Shown one piece after another: positions 62,645 to 64,000 of a DNA stretch of 64,000 bases. The notes beneath the pieces were generated by a model. It was not told where the DNA came from and did no database searches. It worked only from the letters and a program-made list of their open reading frames with translations. Within the stretch, counting starts at the first letter, position 1, and each line of letters starts with the position of its first letter. The position numbers were made by a program, and so were the translations under genes. The DNA lies in contig JBMOON010000040.1 of NCBI GenBank assembly GCA_049323295.1, positions 173,188-237,187 on the forward strand, written 5' to 3'. Source of the stretch: Pseudomonadota bacterium (GTDB lineage Bacteria > Pseudomonadota > Gammaproteobacteria > Pseudomonadales > JADFDG01).

Positions 62645-63164
62645 GCACGGCGGCAACGACAAACACGCCCGGGTGGCGGTCGATCTGCGCGATCCCGCGC
62701 AGCTGATTGCCTTCGGTTTCGGCAGCGGGCTGGCACCGAAAGCGCCGGGCACTTTCGGTACGCTGGCCGCGGTGCCGCTGTACCTGTTGCTGCTGCAGTT
62801 CCCGTGGCCCGTCTATGTGGTGGCGACGCTGGCAATTTTCGTGCTCGGCGTCTGGGCCAGCGATGTCGCCTGCCGCCGGCTGGGCGTGCACGATCATTCC
62901 GGCATCGTGATCGACGAGTTCGCCGGCTTTCTGGTGACCATGCTGCCGGCCGTGCTCGGTCTGGTGGCTGCCGGGTGGGCCACACTGCTCGCCGGCTTCC
63001 TGCTGTTCCGGTTTTTCGATGTGCTGAAGCCCTGGCCGATCCGCGTGCTCGATCGTCGCGTGCACGGCGGCTTCGGCGTCATGCTCGACGATCTGGTGGC
63101 CGGCTTGTTCGCCGCCGCGGCGCTCTGGGCGGCATTCGCCGGCCGGGAACTGATCGCCGGCTGA
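62634..63164 (+). CDS. pgpA: Phosphatidylglycerophosphatase A
   Basis: GFGSGLAPKAPGTFGTLAAVPLY .. HDHSGIVIDEFAG .. FRFFDVLKPWPI. Overlaps the thiL end by 11 nt. Confidence 0.9.
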   Translation: MGGEHGGNDKHARVAVDLRDPAQLIAFGFGSGLAPKAPGTFGTLAAVPLYLLLLQFPWPVYVVATLAIFVLGVWASDVACRRLGVHDHSGIVIDEFAGFLVTMLPAVLGLVAAGWATLLAGFLLFRFFDVLKPWPIRVLDRRVHGGFGVMLDDLVAGLFAAAALWAAFAGRELIAG

Positions 63165-63212
63165 TTTTTCGTCCTTGCTCGTGCTGTCATGCATTCTCAC
63201 GGGAGCCGTCCC

Positions 63213-64000
63213 ATGCACAACAATGTCGTCTCATTCGTGCTGCGTATTTCCGGCATCGCCTTGCTGTCGCTGTCGGTTGCCGGCTGTTTTCATGTGCCGC
63301 CGGTCTACAAGCCGGACACGGCATCGTTGCGGCAGGCCCTGCAGCAAGGCGGCAGTCCCGACGAGCCGTGGCATGGCTGGACACCGCTGAATTACGTCGT
63401 GTACGGCGCCAGCCCGCAGAACAAGAGTCCGTGGATGGATCGTCAGACGCAGATGACCAATGCGCGGTTGTTGCTGGAAGCCGGCGCCAATCCCAATGCA
63501 TTGGGTTACGGCATGGGCACGAAAATGCCGCCGCTGATCCTGGCCGCCCGTCAGTGCCAGTCGGATCTGGTGCAATTGCTGCTGGATCACGGCGCCGATC
63601 CGTATGCGATGGTTGAAATCCAGGGCACGGCACTGTCAATGGCGACCGCCGGATTCTGCGCGACGGTGGACGACCAGTACAGGCTGGCGCGTACGCTCCT
63701 CGACCATGTCGAGCGTACGCAGGGGCGCGACGCGATGGTCGCCTATGCGCGGATGACGGCGCCGAAGACGGTGCGCTTCCTGCCGGCACCGGTCCTGCAC
63801 ATGGCGGTCTGGCAAAAATATTACGGTGTGCTGGCGGCGCTCATCGAAAAACGTGTCGATCTTGACCAGATCGCGCCGGTGGGCATGCCGGATCAGCAGT
63901 GGACGGCGCTGCATCTCGCGGAAGCGGTCGGCAGTACCGACATCGCGATGGCACTGCGTCGTGGTGGCGCGCGCGACGACGTGCTCAGCAATCGCGGCGA
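63213..64000 (+). CDS. Putative lipoprotein with ankyrin-like repeats (5' partial, continues beyond the window)
   Basis: I translated this by hand because it is not in the ORF track (no stop in the window). MHNNVVSFVLRISGIALLSLSVAGC gives a lipobox (VAGC). It is followed by ankyrin-like units (WTPLNYVVY.., ARLLLEAGANPNA, PPLILAARQCQSDLVQLLLDHGADP, TALHLAEAVGSTDIAMALRRGGA). Open to 64000. Confidence 0.6.
   Translation, partial: MHNNVVSFVLRISGIALLSLSVAGCFHVPPVYKPDTASLRQALQQGGSPDEPWHGWTPLNYVVYGASPQNKSPWMDRQTQMTNARLLLEAGANPNALGYGMGTKMPPLILAARQCQSDLVQLLLDHGADPYAMVEIQGTALSMATAGFCATVDDQYRLARTLLDHVERTQGRDAMVAYARMTAPKTVRFLPAPVLHMAVWQKYYGVLAALIEKRVDLDQIAPVGMPDQQWTALHLAEAVGSTDIAMALRRGGARDDVLSNRG

Overview
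This is a 64-kb stretch of high-GC (roughly two-thirds G+C, judged by eye and not computed) chromosomal core from a gammaproteobacterium. I call 58 protein genes, counting two partial ones at the window edges, and one tRNA-Leu(CAG). I found no rRNA, CRISPR array, transposase, integrase or phage genes.

Gene order, from memory, closely follows the P. aeruginosa PAO1 opmH-to-alr segment and the E. coli tolC-nudF-yqiB-cpdA-yqiA-parE and parC-plsC neighbourhoods:
- tolC, thiC, nudF, DUF1249, cpdA, yqiA, parE, parC, an acyltransferase, a ytjB-like gene, serB, fimX
- epmB, efp, epmA, psd, rhdA, rsgA, orn, queG
- nnr, tsaE, amiB, mutL, miaA, hfq, hflXKC, hisZ, purA
- tRNA-Leu, rnr, rlmB, rpsF, priB, rpsR, rplI, dnaB, alr, radA
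- mapZ-like, ettA, glyA, nrdR, ribD, ribE, ribBA, ribH, nusB, thiL, pgpA

Most of the window is ordinary housekeeping DNA. The parts worth a second look are small insertions into this conserved order:
1. A translationally coupled MlaE-like / ABC-ATPase-like / MCE trio (38968-41164). Its only nucleotide-binding-domain-like protein has lost the Walker A, signature, Walker B and H-loop motifs.
2. A c-di-GMP-themed pair: a FimX homologue with degenerate GGDEF/EAL motifs, next to a ~610-aa protein with a cryptic PilZ-like C-terminus.
3. A YtjB/Smp-like membrane protein with an extra ~200-aa cytoplasmic domain that has a cyclase-like sequence pattern.
4. A 31-bp near-perfect inverted repeat bracketing the ettA-glyA divergent region. 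Its core, TAGAATGCGCG, recurs at promoter positions of tRNA-Leu and rpsF.
5. A DUF4126 protein plus a hybrid histidine kinase splitting nrdR-ribD.

The many long antisense ORFs in the track are high-GC artefacts. All homology statements come from reading the translations by eye; no database search was run.
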